A DNA stretch of 64,000 nucleotides from Paragordius varius (taxonomy: Eukaryota; Animalia; Nematomorpha). The position numbers and the translations under genes are program-made. Positions 45,931 to 60,900 of the stretch are shown in pieces. The DNA is taken from assembly GCA_964247055.1 (NCBI GenBank), contig OZ176053.1, forward strand, positions 1,798,001-1,862,000. Reading direction: 5' to 3'. How positions within the stretch are numbered: position 1 is the first letter of the stretch; each line of letters opens with the position of its first letter. The notes below the pieces were generated by a model. It had not been told where the DNA came from, did not search any database, and saw only the letters and a program-made list of their open reading frames with translations.

Positions 45931-48900
45931 TTATTCTTTAGCATTCTTGTTCAACAATGCTGCCGTATCTATCCGCAAAATTTTATTCATAAATAAGCCA
46001 TTAACCAATGTATCTTCTGTTTCATTACCTTTTAATAATCCCTTTTCCGCAATCAATTCAATTTTAACGGGTTTAAAGTATATGTTTTTTACATTGTTCT
46101 TTTCTTTTGTCTTGTCAGTTTCTGTTGTCAAATCTGAAATTTTGAAAATCAAATACGATGATGAAGCGTTTGTGTTCAGCAAGGACATATCCTTATTTTG
46201 GGGGGCATTTTTCACATATTGTTTAACATAATAACCCGATATTAATTCAGATGCATGGGTCAAATTATTTGTCACATAATCACTTTTATCATCCGCCGTT
46301 AATGATTGATTAGAAACTCTAACATAGACAACTCTTGCAATGTTTATCGTTTCATCTCCAAGCATTTGCTTAACAGTTTTAGCTTTTGTAATGTTGGCTA
46401 AATTTAGCGTTTTAATAACTTTGGTATCCCCATCTGAGCTACTCTTTTCTTCTTCTTGTCCTTTTCTGCCCTTTTCAAGGAATGCAATTAGTTCTGGGAA
46501 TTTAGCAAGATTCAAATTAACGTGTCGCGTCAAATTAAATGCCTCTACTTTGACAAGCGCATTGCCGCTATCCGACAAATTAGTATCATCAAAGTTTAAA
46601 GGTAGGTATAAAAGGTTGTCACCAACATTGCCTGTGCCCAAATTTATGTTTACAATGTTGGAATCATTTGTTAATTTAACTTCCGATAGATGGATCGGTT
46701 TAGCCGAACGTGTTATAATATTTCGCTTAATTTCTCCTTCTTGATTTTCAATCACCCCTACGAGATCCAAATGCTTGGCTTTGTTTAAGAGATTCGCATT
46801 CCTATTGCTGTGGCTTTTTATATCAGTCATGTAACTCCCTTTATATTCTTTTCTCTTATTAGTAATAGGCCCTTTCTTCACAATTTTAAGTTGGCTACTA
46901 TTGGCAGTATTTGGTTGTATTGATTCAATCATTTGACTAATGTTATAATAAACTGATATGCTATTCCCGCCCTGCTTTTTAGCATTTATAGTTTTTACAT
47001 GGCTTAATGGTGGATGATATCCAATAAGACGCATGACTTTGGGTATCGAAATTTTATCATACTCTTGTTGCAATATAAATGGTGCGCCTCCTTGAAACAC
47101 AAGTGTTGATTTCTGTTTTATTTCCTTGTTTACCGGCAAGGGGGGAGCTTTTTTAAAAGCGGGACGCGGTCGTACAAAGTATGATGTGACATCTTGTACG
47201 CCAAAGTTTTTGATTAGAATCAATTTAATTTGTTCATTTATAACGTAAGCTGCTCTTCTTAGTTCATTCAACGTGTAAAATTGCAATCCCAATTGTACGG
47301 GGATGTCTTCTATACAAATTTATATAAGATAAGAATGATTATTAGTATTAATTTTTTACACACACACTAAAAAATATTGAAATAATAGAGATAAAACGTA
47401 AAAACATAAAGACAATTTTTTTTCAAAAGACAACCATACTTATTCACAATCTAATTTTCCTATATAAATTTTTAAATTACAATTGTAAAATACATAATTA
47501 ATTGTGTTACCAATAAACATCTTTCCTTTTCAGTTTAAAAGCATGAATTATAATTAAAAAAATCAAGTTTAAAAGTACAGCGGTCTTTTAAGAAAAATAT
47601 TCGTCTTTATACGTTTTATCCGTATATTATCAATATTTACGGTATAATCGTTTTGGGTCACGGAATAAAAGATACAGATGTAAATTAGTCACACACATTT
47701 ATTTATACATTTTTACCATACTTTATCTTGAAATAATAAGGATTAAAAAAGTATGGTTGCCTTTTTCTAGCAAAAATATTTTTATTTTTGCGTTTTGTCC
47801 GCATAATTTCAGTTTTACAAAATAAATATGATTAATTAAATTATCTAATCACAACTTACTTTTAACATCGGATGAAAAGATTTTAATAGTTTTAGCCGAC
47901 TTTGTAGTAGGCGCAAAATTACGATATTTTTGATTCTTTTTTTCTGTCCCGTTTTGCGTTAACAAATCGATTCTATCCTCCAATATTTCTTTGAGCAAGG
48001 AATAAGTTACAAGCAAATTGTTAATTGAAGTATTTTTGGTGCCTTCATAGTCATCGTCAAATATATCGGGTGGGACAAGTGTTGTCTTGATCTGGTCTTC
48101 AAGAGTTAAAGTTTTTGGTTGAAATTTGCTAGAGGTCGTTTCTTTATCCTTTGAATTTGTTGAAAAAAAATTATGTAAAAAATAAATATTTTTTTGCTCA
48201 ACAAACCGCGTATTGGGTCTCTAAATTTGGATTAGGTTTATATACGGTTTGTGAAGTTTAAATAACTTATTAAAAAATCTAATTCAGATAATTTTTGGTG
48301 AACAATATATATGTTATTATATAATAAAAAAAACTAGTTTAGAACGTTTAAAAAAAATTTTTACTTCATCACATTACTTTTTTAAGAATAATTAGTGGAA
48401 GCTGGGATGCAAACGATTTAGTAAAGAAAAATCGTTGATAAAAATTTAGTTAAAAATCTGAGTTTTACACTCTGAGTTTTATACTTTTATTTGATATAAA
48501 AATTATTTTTATACGAAATTTTACCTGTACTGGCCTAGTTTTAATGGTTTGAGAGGACGGTTTTATGTTTAGTAGGGCAGAAGCTATCGAGATGAGTGGA
48601 TAACGTTTTGGTCCACACGTTGATCCTATGTGATCATCTAAGGCCAGATCCCAAACTATAGCGCCGGCATAGTTTTTCTTGAGCAAATATTTTACCTAAA
48701 ACATGAAGAAAAGCGAAATGTTTAGTATTTTCTCTTAAATTTAAATTAATTCTAATTGAAAAAATGGGTTTACAAAATATTTTTTGTTTGTTTGTTAAAT
48801 AGCATATTGTTACATTTGGTCCTTATGTTTTCACACAACAGTTATCAAAAAATTAGGGATTTTTTTAAATATTTGATTCACTTTTTTAAAAAATTTAAAA

Positions 48901-51900
48901 ATATCAAATTACTTTATATATAATACTATCTTCATTTTCATAGCTAAGCCATATATTATCTTTATAGGCATACGGGACTTTGGCTTCGTCATCAAACTTG
49001 AGTGTCCAACCGTTTGTCGCATTATAAATTTGTTTGCAAATCTAAGTGAATAGTGAAATATCAAAAAATAATATTTAAATGTTTAAATCATTATAAATAC
49101 GATATGTAACGAAGTTATATTTTTTTGAATATATATACAGAATAGACTGCAAACTAGCTAGATCTCATAATAAGTTAATTTAAATTTTATATTTGAAGCG
49201 TTTTACATCGATTTATACAATTTGTGGCTAATAAACACCAAACCCGACCCATTATATATTTTAAATAAATAAATAAAAATTGTGGCAAAATAAACTTATG
49301 GAAGAAGATACAGTAAAAATTGAAACTATACGGACAAAACGTATATATATAAAGACAAATTTTTTTTTCAAAAGACCATGCTTTTTTGAAACCTTAATAT
49401 GACTTATATAAAATATTTACATACCAATGTAAAATATAAAATTGATGGGGTTTCCTATTTACATCTGTATTTGATACATTTAAGTTATTGTTTTTACATG
49501 CATGTAAACACATGCTTTTAATCGAGTGGGAAAGGTATGGTATACCTACCCATCTCTTATCGATCTTTTTACCAAAAACATTGATTTTTACCTTCTCCGA
49601 ATATTATAAATAGTTAGATCCTAGTCCTTACATATCCATAACATATTTCCTATTCACATTCTTTCATTCGAAGGACATTCTGCTAATGTTGAAATCACGC
49701 AATCTCAGCATCCGCATCGCCACATGGAATTTACGCGGATCCTACAAAAACCACAAACTAGATATTGTCGTTAACGAGATGACTAAGCATAAAATTGACA
49801 TACTAGGAATTTCAGAATCACACATCCCCTCTACCGGAACCTTAGAATTTGACAATCATATTTTGTATTATTCCGGCCACGACTCATCAAAATACAACGG
49901 TGTCGGCATAATAATGAACAAAAAACTAGCTAACTTATCGGACATTTTTAATCCAATCAATGACCGTATTATCGCAATCCGCATACAAACAACCCCTCAA
50001 CCCATTACTATCCTTCAAATTTACGCACCTACCTCCTCTTACAGCGATGACGACTGTGAAAAATTTTATAGCGATCTCGACTTGGCGATTTCCCAAATTT
50101 CAAAAAAGGATATCATATTTATCTTAGGCGATTTTAATTCAATCATCGGAACAGACAAAACACCTCCTATGACGGGCGGCATGGGCTTGGGCATAAAAAA
50201 CGAGAGAGGAGACAGATTGATTGAATTTTATGCTAACCATCGTTTCTTCGTCGCAAACAGCTTTTTTAAACAGCCCAAACGACGTCTATACATATGGCGT
50301 TCCCCGTGTCAAAGATACCGTAACCAGATTGACTTCATATTAGGTATGGTAAAATACAAAAGTTCATTTCAAAATGTCAAATGCCTACCAGGATCGGATT
50401 GCTACAGCGACCACAACCTATTGATCGCCAAACTCCGAATTAAATTACAACTTCCTAAAACATCCAAACCCACAAGAACAAGATTAGATTATGATACAAT
50501 CGACGACAAGTTTAGCACCGCTTTATCAAATCGTTTCGATTGTCTTGATCATAATTCCGAAAACTATCAGGATATAAACTTCTTTTGGAACGATATATAT
50601 ACATTCTGCCGAGACACAGCCAAAAAATAAAATTGTCAGCCAAAAGTCTCAAGATCGCAGAAAAACGTAGAGACTCCAAAATCAAATGCAAATGGGATAA
50701 ATACAAACAACTAAACAGTGAATTTCAGAAGAGTGCAAGAGAGGACACAAATAAGTATTATGACCAACTATGTGAAAAATTAGAAACAGACGCCAAAAAT
50801 AACCAAAACCTCTTTGCCCATGCAAACAATATTATTCCACACAAAAAAGTTTTTTAGGACCTATGAGAAACGACAACAACTCCACTGAAAAAGATGAAAT
50901 TCGCAAACTATGGCACAAACATATAAACAAACTATACAATGTAAATAACCCCCAACTATTAACGAACTTACTAGACAAAAAGAACCACCTATTATGAAAG
51001 AAGAAGTGGAACTCGCTATAAAACACTCTAGCACCGGTAAATCAGAGGGCCACAAAGATATCCCTACTGAAATAATAAAATACATTCCAATCGATATACT
51101 CACCAAACTTTTTCAAACCATATTTGAGATGGAAAAAATTCCTGAGGATTGGTGTACATCCATTATGATTCCGATTTTAAAAAAGGATAACCCAGAACTG
51201 TGTGACAACTATCGCACCATAGCGCTCATAAACCAGGTGTCCAAAGTTTTTCTAAAAATAATACAGTTTCGTCTAAATTCCATTCTTGACCCCGAAATAT
51301 CCACGATTCAGGCTGGTTTTCGAAAAGGTAGAGGATGCCGAGATATGATATGTAACATGAGGTGGATAATCGAGAAACACATCGAATTTAACAAAGAATT
51401 GCATATGTGCTTTGTCGATTTTTCCAAAGCATTTGATTCCATCCAGCACAATAAACTACGGAAAGCTTTAAAACAACTCGGAGTGTATTATGCAAATCTG
51501 AAAGATATACTTTATTTTTATAATATTTTTCTGTATTATATGCAAATGTGAAATACATACTTTGGTTATATATCATAACTTTCACCGTTATTTGAATTGT
51601 ATTATTTTTTATATTTTTTGTGTTATATGTAAATATATAACCTTTGTTACTTGAAATTTTATTGATAATGCAAATCATGGACAGTTAAAATTGCTATATA
51701 TACACCTTAAAAAACCAAATAAATAATTCAGTTCATTTCACATTTCTTTTATTATCTCTTTATCTTAAAAGATAACATTGGTGGCAATTCGAGTACCGAA
51801 CTAAGCTAGTGCTAGTGGAGGTCTTACTGATACCCAATCGAACATGACAACGCCAATCAATCTCGCTAACCTATGCATCGAAAAATATAATGATAATATT

Positions 51901-54900
51901 AAGTTTGAGGAATACGTTGAGTATTTGACAAATGTTATGGAGGCAAAAGATATCCCTGTAACAGAACAAGCCCTCAAAACAACCTTGCTTGCGTATGGAG
52001 GTCTAATGGTGGTACGCAAAATCAACCAACGACTCTATCCGAAAAAGATAAAAGATGCAGAATGGACCGAGATAATGGCAACGGGTTTAAAGGTATTCAA
52101 TCCCACAAAGTCGAAATTCCAAAGCAGTTTTGAGTTTTTCCGACTTGTGCGGAACAACACCGAATCGTTTACCCAATTTCTAGAACGGGTAAAAATCGCA
52201 GCCGAAGAGGCAAAATTTAAGGATTCAATAGAGGAACGGATTCGGGATGCCTTCGTCATTGGGTTACGGCAACCACAATTGGAAATTGACATACATTCAA
52301 GGTATCCCGATGCCGAGATCAACGGACAACCCGTGCCTCTAGAAACGATAGTGGATCTCGCACTAGCACACGAGGCTGCCAGGGCTGGCCTTCATAACAA
52401 TAATGATAATACCAATTATAATAATGGTAATAATTTAAATCGATTACAACACACCAATAATAATAACAAGGCCATGCGTTCACGACAGCCAACAGCAAAA
52501 CCCCTAACACATTCGTGCAATCGTTGTGGTAATAGCCATGGACCAAACAAATGTCCTGCCTGGAACCGCAATTGCAATAAATGTGGAAAACCTCATCACT
52601 TCGCAAAAATGTGTAGATCAAAAAACACTGCCAAAAATTTGTTCAACCGCCAGATCCATAGAAAAGCAATGTCAACCTCACCATGGACCGTAAAATTAAT
52701 GATAAACAACACCGAACAAACGTTTATCTCTGATACTGGAGCTGACATCAGTGTTATCAGCTTTGACACCTGGAAACAAGTTGGCAAGCCAAATATTAGA
52801 CCCATAGCGCCAGTAAAAGCCTACAATAATAGCATAGTACCTCTACTGGGCGTAACAACAGTCACAGTGCAAATCAATGGGCAAAACTTGGGGAACGCAG
52901 AATGTTGTGTATTGAAAGAAAAAATGTCAAAGGCACCGCTTATTTGTGCCTTGGATTGGATCACGAGATTTAACATCTACATTCCTAAAGTACGAATTAA
53001 CTTTCTTAAACTTGATAAAATTATTGAAAATTTCCCTAATCTATTTAAAGAGGAATTAGGTTGTTACATAGAGCCAGTTACAATTCATATAGCACCCAAT
53101 GCCTCCCCCAAAGTTTGGCCTTGCCGCCGAGTACCGTTTCCCCTAAGAGCAAAAGTTGAAAATGAATTACTAAGATTACAAAAGTTAGACATTCTGGAGC
53201 CTATAGATCCCAACCTTACACCTCTGACATGGGCCACCCCCACCGTTAATGTGCTCAAAGCGAATGGAGAGGTAAGAATTTGCAGCGATTTTAGAGTTAC
53301 CATCAACAAGTGGCCACTGAGGACTCTCATATCATTCCAACGTTTAATGATTTAGTGAGTAAGATTGGCGAAGGCCAAGTTTTCACTAAGATTGACTTGA
53401 AAGATGCCTACCTACAAATGCCAATAACCAAAGAATCACAAGATCTCTTGACAATTGCGACTCACAAAGGATTTTTTCGCTACAAAAGGATGCCTTTCGG
53501 ACTGTCAACAGCACCAATAATTTTCCAACGAGTCATGGACCAGGTTATAAAAGATTGTCCCGGCACTTGTGCATATTTAGATGATGTTTTAGTAACTGGC
53601 AAATCTGAACAGGAACATTTAATAAATCTTAATAATGTTTTAAATCGGTTAGAATTAGCAGGTTTTAGATTAAGAAAAGATAAAATAAAAATTGGTGAAC
53701 CTTCAGTAAGTTATCTGGGATTTGAAATAAGTAATAAAGGTATAAGTCCTTGCAAGAATAAAGTAAAAGCAATCAATGATTTTAAAAAACCTGTGGATAA
53801 AAAATCTTTAAGAAGTTTTCTAGGATTTTTGACGTTTCGTGAAAGATTTATACCCAAGCTTCAATTGATTGTAAGTGATTTACATAGTTTAACAAGTAAC
53901 AACGTCAGATGGAACTGGTCGGAAAAACATGAGAATTGTTGGAAAGCCGCTAAGGAATTATTAAGTGAACAAGTATTTTTAACACCATACAATCCGGATA
54001 GAAAGTTAGTAATTGAAACCGATGCCTCAGATATAGGGTTTGGATGTATTTTAAGTCATGTTGTAAATGGTGAAAGGAAACCCTTTGCCTATGGTTCAAG
54101 AAAATGTAGTGCCGCAGAATCGAACTACTCCACGATAGAAAAGGAATTAAAGGCTATTGTTTTTGCATTAGAAAAGTTCCACAACTTCATTTATGGTAGA
54201 AAGTTTGAAATTTTGACAGACCACTTACCACTTGTTAGGTTAATAAATAGGGATAGAAATTTGAAAGAAATTCAAAATGCGAAAGTTTTAAGATGGGTGA
54301 ACCGTTTGAATTTATGACTTTGAACTTAGTTATCAGGCGGGTCCCAAAAATAGAGCTGATTACTTATCAAGATGTCCCAGTGATGATAATGTCGACACAA
54401 TCGATAGAGATTACATGGTAACTAGATATCTTAGGTTTCTTAATTGCCATAACGTTCCGTTAAGTCGCGATGAAATTCGGAGAGAAACGGTTAAAGATAA
54501 AATTTTGCAGAAAGTAATTAAGGCGATTCATAACCAAGATTGGAGTGATGTTGAGTTGGCTGGGTTTACGAATCGGAAGGGAGAGATTTCGTACCAATAC
54601 GGATTGCTCAGTTTAAACGATCGAATTATCATTCCAGAAAGCTTACAGTCAAATGTGGTCAACTACTTACACAGCGGGCACAATAATGTAGAAACAATGA
54701 AAGCAATGGCAAGGTTTACCTGTTTTTGGCCAAAATTAGAGAATGATTTGGTAAGAAGATACAGTGAGTGTAGTTCATGTCAAGTAAACAAACCAAGCCT
54801 AGGTGAAAATCCGACTTATCAATGGGACCCAAATGCTGCGATATGGGAGCGGTTACACATCGATATAGCGGGACCAGTTGACGGGTATTATTGGTTGTTA

Positions 54901-57900
54901 TTGATTGATAGCTCATCAAAATGGTCGGAAGGGTTCATGTTAAAACGGGTTAATTCGGTAAACATATTGCATAAACTCGAGGAAACCTTTGCCAGGTTTG
55001 GGTTTCCGAGGACGGTAATTAGTGATAATGCTTCTTATTTTAGTAATTCGTACTTCACATCCACTCTAACAAACTTGGGTATTAAACACGTGAGGGTAAC
55101 CCCCTATCATCCTAAAAGTAATGGGATGGTAGAAAGGTTAGTGGGGACCCTCAAGGGCAAGTATAGAAAAATCAAAAATGATAATATTTCACCACAAGAA
55201 GCCTTCAATACCACTCTATGGTCGTATCGTAATTCAATACATGCGACTACAAAAGAAACCCCGTTTCAACTACTCTTCAAACGAGTATCTCAAACACCCC
55301 TCACCTGGATCAACACAAAAGCAACAATCTTAGACGCACCCCGTCCACGCCGTGAATTCTCAATAAACCAACCCGTAATGATGAGAAACGAACAAAATTT
55401 TGGATGGCGAGCCGGCGATGTTGTTGATAGAACGGGTCTCCTTTCGTACAGTGTGTGGGATCAGGTAAACCAGAAGATTGTCAGAAAGCATGCAGATCAG
55501 TTGAAACACGTAGACCTACCGGCCAACTCACCCGCACCGGTTACTCCAAACAATAGTAATGATAGTAATATAGACAATAACAATAATAATAATGGTACGC
55601 CTGAAATAAAGCGAAGAATTGCTATTGCTAAAGCAGTAACTTTTAAATATAACAGGCTTTGGATGTCACATGACATTAAACTACAAACCAAAATCAGATT
55701 AATCAAAGCTACAGTTTTCCCCACATTCATGTATGGGGGGGAAAGCTGGACACTGAAAAAATATGATGAACGTCTAATAAACTCTTTCGAATTATGGGTC
55801 TGGAGGAAACTTCTTCAAACAAAATGGACAGACAAAGTTTCAAACACCACCATTCTAAATAAAATTAACCCAGAAATGTCACTTCTTGGCAGCTTAACAC
55901 GGCAAAAACTCTCCTTCTTCGGGCACATCATGAGATCCAGCTCACTTGAAAAATCACTGATGCTGGGGAAAGTGAGTGGTGCCCGAAAAAGAAGGAGAAG
56001 ACGAACTCGTTGGATGGATAACATCCATAAAAAAACCAACCAATCCTTATCCGACCTAAACACCAAAACCGGAAATCGCAATGAATGGAGAAGCTTTATT
56101 TTCAATGTTGCAATTAGTCGGAATCGACTTTAGCAAACAACAACAACAAAATAACGATTATATTAAAAATAATCATAGGGTCGTCTTTTGAAAATAAATA
56201 TTAGTCTGTATATTTTTACGTTTTGTCCGTATATTTTTAATTTTTACTGTAATAAACTAGGTCTTTAAGAAAACGTTACATGCTTGCGAAAATTGGCCAA
56301 TTATTTTTTACTAGAAATTGCCGATTCATAATTTTTATGCATACCTCATAGTTTGACCAAATACCGGATTCTTGGCTATAAGGACCGACTGGACCCGGTC
56401 CTGATATCATATCACGAGGTTTGTTCGCTGAAACATCTTTCAATTTAAACGTTCGCCCGTAAGTCGGGATTCCTATGAGAAGTTTTTCCAAGGGCATTCC
56501 TCTAACGTGCCAATAGTACATGGCCCAACTCTATAATAGGTACGATTATTTTAGTTAGCCAAAAAGGGTCTTAAAAAGTATATTTTAACCGATTTTTTAT
56601 GTCTTTATGACATCAATTTCGAGATTTACAAACTATCCATAAAAAAACAGTAAATTAAAATATGAAAGTAATGTAAATTGTTGCAAAATATGTCAGCTAT
56701 TAAAAAATTTAATAAGTAAACGCAAAAATTATTTTTAAATTTATATCATACACCTTTTCTTCTGATTATTATAACTGAATTAGGAATAAAGCAAAAAAGT
56801 CATACGATAGAGAAATCCGATTTAGAATCATAGAGGGGACTATTGTGACCTGCTTTGGGTTGCCACCAACCATTCATATCATACGTCATAACTCCAATAA
56901 AATCAAAGAATCTAAAAAATTTTGTTGATTTTTGTTAAAGTTAAATATATGTGTGGCCTTAAGAAAATAAACATTTTAAAAAAATCCAGAGAATTAAAAC
57001 CCTTTTATTATTCAAAATTATATAAAAATTAAAAAAAAGTTGAATATATTTTCATATACTTGGCCAATTTGGGTATATCATAACCGTTATCTATGTTAGT
57101 TTCTCCAGCAGATACCGCAGCAGTGATATAGAGACGTTTACCCAGCTTTCGGCCAAGTTTATCAATTTCATTCCTTAACTCCTATTTAAGGAATAAAATA
57201 TAGAAATATTTTAACAATAAAAAATAAAAGGGTAAAAACTAAAGACAAATAATATTTTATAGGGAAGACTTGATTAATTTTTATATCTAAATCTAAATGA
57301 CCTATTGTAAAATATTTAATTAAATGTGTTACCAACTTTCTAAAAAAGTAGGCCTAAAAACATTACTGTTTTAGCTTTCAGTTCTTGTCTCAATTTAACT
57401 TTTGCTATAAAATGAATAATTGTAAAGAGTAAAATTTTAGACTGTTTGTTAGCTTTACCTCAACTAAGATTGGAAAATTTTTCTTATCTTCAACTAATCG
57501 GCCGCCTTGACCCCCATGCCCTGGATATTCCCAATCCAAATCGATTCCATCCAGCTCGTATTTTCGGATGTGATCAACGGTACTTTGAATAAACACTCTT
57601 CGATTTTTGGGATCCATTGCTAAATCACTATTTAAAAGAGACTCACATTATGGTATAATTTACAATGAAAATATAGTTAAGAAATAATATTTTACCAAAA
57701 AAATTGTATAAAATAAAAATATATTTTTTGGGGGTGTGATTTATGAAAAATTTTAAATAACTGATTATTTATTAATATATATCAACAAATTATTCAATAA
57801 GGAAGATAATATTTATTGATTGAAATCGAATTTCACAGTAAAATCATAAAAAAACAGATTATATATAATTTGGTGAGAAAATAATATCCGACTTTTTTTA

Positions 57901-60900
57901 TCCACAATATCTAACGAAAAATATTTTCACAACGGTTCTCAAACCATAAAATATATTTATGCATAATTAAATTGATATAACTTTAAAAAGTTTTTTCACC
58001 ACATAATTTAGATGTTTTTGGTAACCCTGACTCACTAAAATCTCCTTCTAAAAATTAAAAATTTTACAGGCTAATAAAACAATATTTAACTTATGGGAAG
58101 AGAAGGTAAGTAATTTTGATATCAATATTTCGTTGTTTGTCGCATTTTAAAATGACTACCTTAAATCAAATTTTCAATTCGCCATATCCCTCAAACTTTA
58201 GATAAATGAACAATTATAAAATTGATTGTTCCACAATTAATAAATGGCTCTTTATGGTAAATTTTTTTTTCGGTCTGTAACAACATTCTAAAACTTTAAC
58301 CATAATGATAAAATATATAAAAAATTATTTATCATAAAATTATGCATAAAACCTAAAAACTCTTCCACCAGCATTCCACCCACCCAAACCAACAATAACT
58401 TTAAGTGCCGGATTAATCTTCTTTTTGGCAATCAATTCACGGATTTGTTCTGATTTAGAATATATTTTATTAAAAGGTAAAAAAACTAAGATTTTATTTC
58501 GTAAGGAGTGAATATAGTTAGGTTAACTGAAAGAGTTTTTAATTTTGACTTAAAGTTTACCCTCATAATTGTGTTCAAAATTTTGGATGGTATAATTGGT
58601 TTCGAGTTTTTGAAACGCATAAATAATGTAATTGCATAAGAAAGGATCTAAACTGGCTGGTGTAAAATTGTATGGGGCGGATTTCCATTGATCCCAAGAA
58701 GTGTAATAACAAAAGAGCGATTTATTGCCTATTTTTCAATAAATTATAAAAATAGTTTATGTTTTGAAATAAAAAAAATAATTTAAATTAAACTATTTCA
58801 CTACTTTTTAGTTTAAACTCTCTTCTGTTCATGAAATACACATTTATATAAAAATTAATAACAAATATATAAAATAAATATTTTTAACTATCTTTTCTCT
58901 TATTACAATACTATTAGTTATCATTAAAAGTAATTTAATTTTGAGTAATTTTTTAAACCTATTAATGGTACTAAGTAGTTAAAAACCTAAATAAAAACAA
59001 CAAAAATATAAATTCAGCTAAAAAAATTTTATATGATTGCAAAATATTATGCACGTTAAGTCAATATTTTTAGTTTACCTATAAATTTTTTTAATTTCCT
59101 TCAATTACTAAAAGCAAATATATGTAATATAATTTTAATTATCCATGTAGAGTAGTAAATATGGTCAAACCCTTTTCAGGTACCGGGACTTTTTCATCTA
59201 GCGTAATAGGGGGCTCTTTAGGGAGAACAACTCTATCAACTACGGCTGAGATGCTTGGAGGCAGCGAATCTTTCCCAGGTTTCAGGAATAATTTATTACA
59301 GGCGCATGCAATAGTACCGTTAGATGATGATGCAGTTGTTTTCTTATTCACATATTTGGGTTGAGCCACATAAAAGTCTTCAAAAATGGTAGATTGCCAA
59401 CTCCAAACGCAAGATTGCGTTTTGGGGTCAAACACAACAATCCCATTCGCTGTGGACGGGTCCGTCCCAATGTTAAGGAGAGAAACCCCAACGGCCGCAG
59501 AACATGGTCTATGATAAACTGTGTAGCTATTACCTCCGGCTGGTACGCATTCCCAATAATATCTGTTTGCCAATGGGAAAAAATAGTATAAGTTTTATAC
59601 ATTAAAACTCATTTTTCGTTATTATGGGTATAGTATAAACACTATCCTAACGCTTTATTTTTTTATGCCGGGCACTGTACATGGAAAAATATGTAGAAAT
59701 TATGAAAATATTTTGAACACCGATTAAATTACGAATTATTTGCAGATTTTTTGGCGTGGGGACCGAAATTATTGAATGCTCTTCTTTTTCCATATATCAA
59801 ATATTTAACTTGACATAAAATATTTCAAAACGTAAATTTTAATATATTCGAATCTACCTGCAATCCGTTTCGTCGAGAAATAGTCCCGAGGTTTTACACG
59901 CATACTGTGGCTGCCTTTGTTCATTAGTTTTTAATGTTTCCAAACATACGTTTGCAAGGGCTTGAACGTTAGAGTCATTAGATCTGGCACCCAGAATTTG
60001 ACTTCTATTGGCGGTAAGGAGATCGGCCAATTCCCTATTTCCGATTGAAGATGGGCTTGGTGAAGGGAACACCGACGAGGGAGATGTCGAACCTGGAGAA
60101 ACTGGTAAAACACCGCGGCTATCAACGGAACCAACAATGTTGCCAGAGGGCGGTTGGGTCGGAGGGTGTATTTGATTGTAGATATCACACAAACAGGCAT
60201 TCTCGTCTGGAAAAAAAGAAGTTGAAAATTTTAATTTTCCATGTTAAGTTAATTCAGGGTATGTATGAGTGTCAAAAAACTCGAATTTTATGCCAAAAAA
60301 CGAGACTAGTAAATTGTATTTAAAAAAACCGATATTTATAATTATTTTTTGAAAAAGTCGTAGATTTTTAAATCGAGAATCGGCCATTGTGATTTTTTTT
60401 ATATGCTAGTGGATAACTATTGCATGTTAAAAAATGTTTCAATTCTTCTAACTGTAATTAATTTGCAAGCGAGTATGTGTAAAACCTTCATTTAATTTTG
60501 CAAATTTAGACGGTGAGATAGTGAGAACTTCCCGCTTTTCTATATTATTTGATTGTCTCCAAACACAATTCTTAACGGTGACATCAAAGATGGTGTTTAT
60601 GGGATCGGCACAAGATCTGTGATACACCAAATAGTTTTTGGCTAAGCTGTTGTAGACGCATTCGTAGTAATATCTATTAAATGAATATAAAATATATAAT
60701 TATGTATAAGGATAATATCAGAACTATTACAATAATCATAACAAATTTTCAATATATATATATATATATTATCTATGGAAAAAGAATAAAGATAAAACCA
60801 AATTGTTTATCGTGTTGAGTGGCTCTTTAAGTAAACTCTTTTAATAAATGACTGATATAAATAAGCCCGAAACCAGAAAACTTTGCTCAATAGATAGCAA

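Larger units (their letters stand above)
49311..56249. mobile_element. Composite element bounded by MITE family 2 TIRs and TA, containing LINE C and a Gypsy element
   Basis: The left end is TA|cagtaaaaattgaaactatacggacaaaacg (49311). The right end is cgttttgtccgtatatttttaatttttactg|TA (56249). The whole unit lies inside the 7.3 kb chitinase intron 49042-56344. Confidence 0.8.

Noticed and set aside
45931-47292. 453 aa ORF as a stand-alone (e.g. horizontally acquired) gene
   Set aside because: Its track start is TTG, and an in-phase acceptor at 47310 joins it to the upstream chitinase exons.
53300-53345. Programmed ribosomal frameshift between the Gypsy ORFs
   Set aside because: The breaks near 53310 and 54313 fall inside RT and at the RNase H end rather than at the gag/pol boundary, and they look like small deletions (decay or sequencing error).
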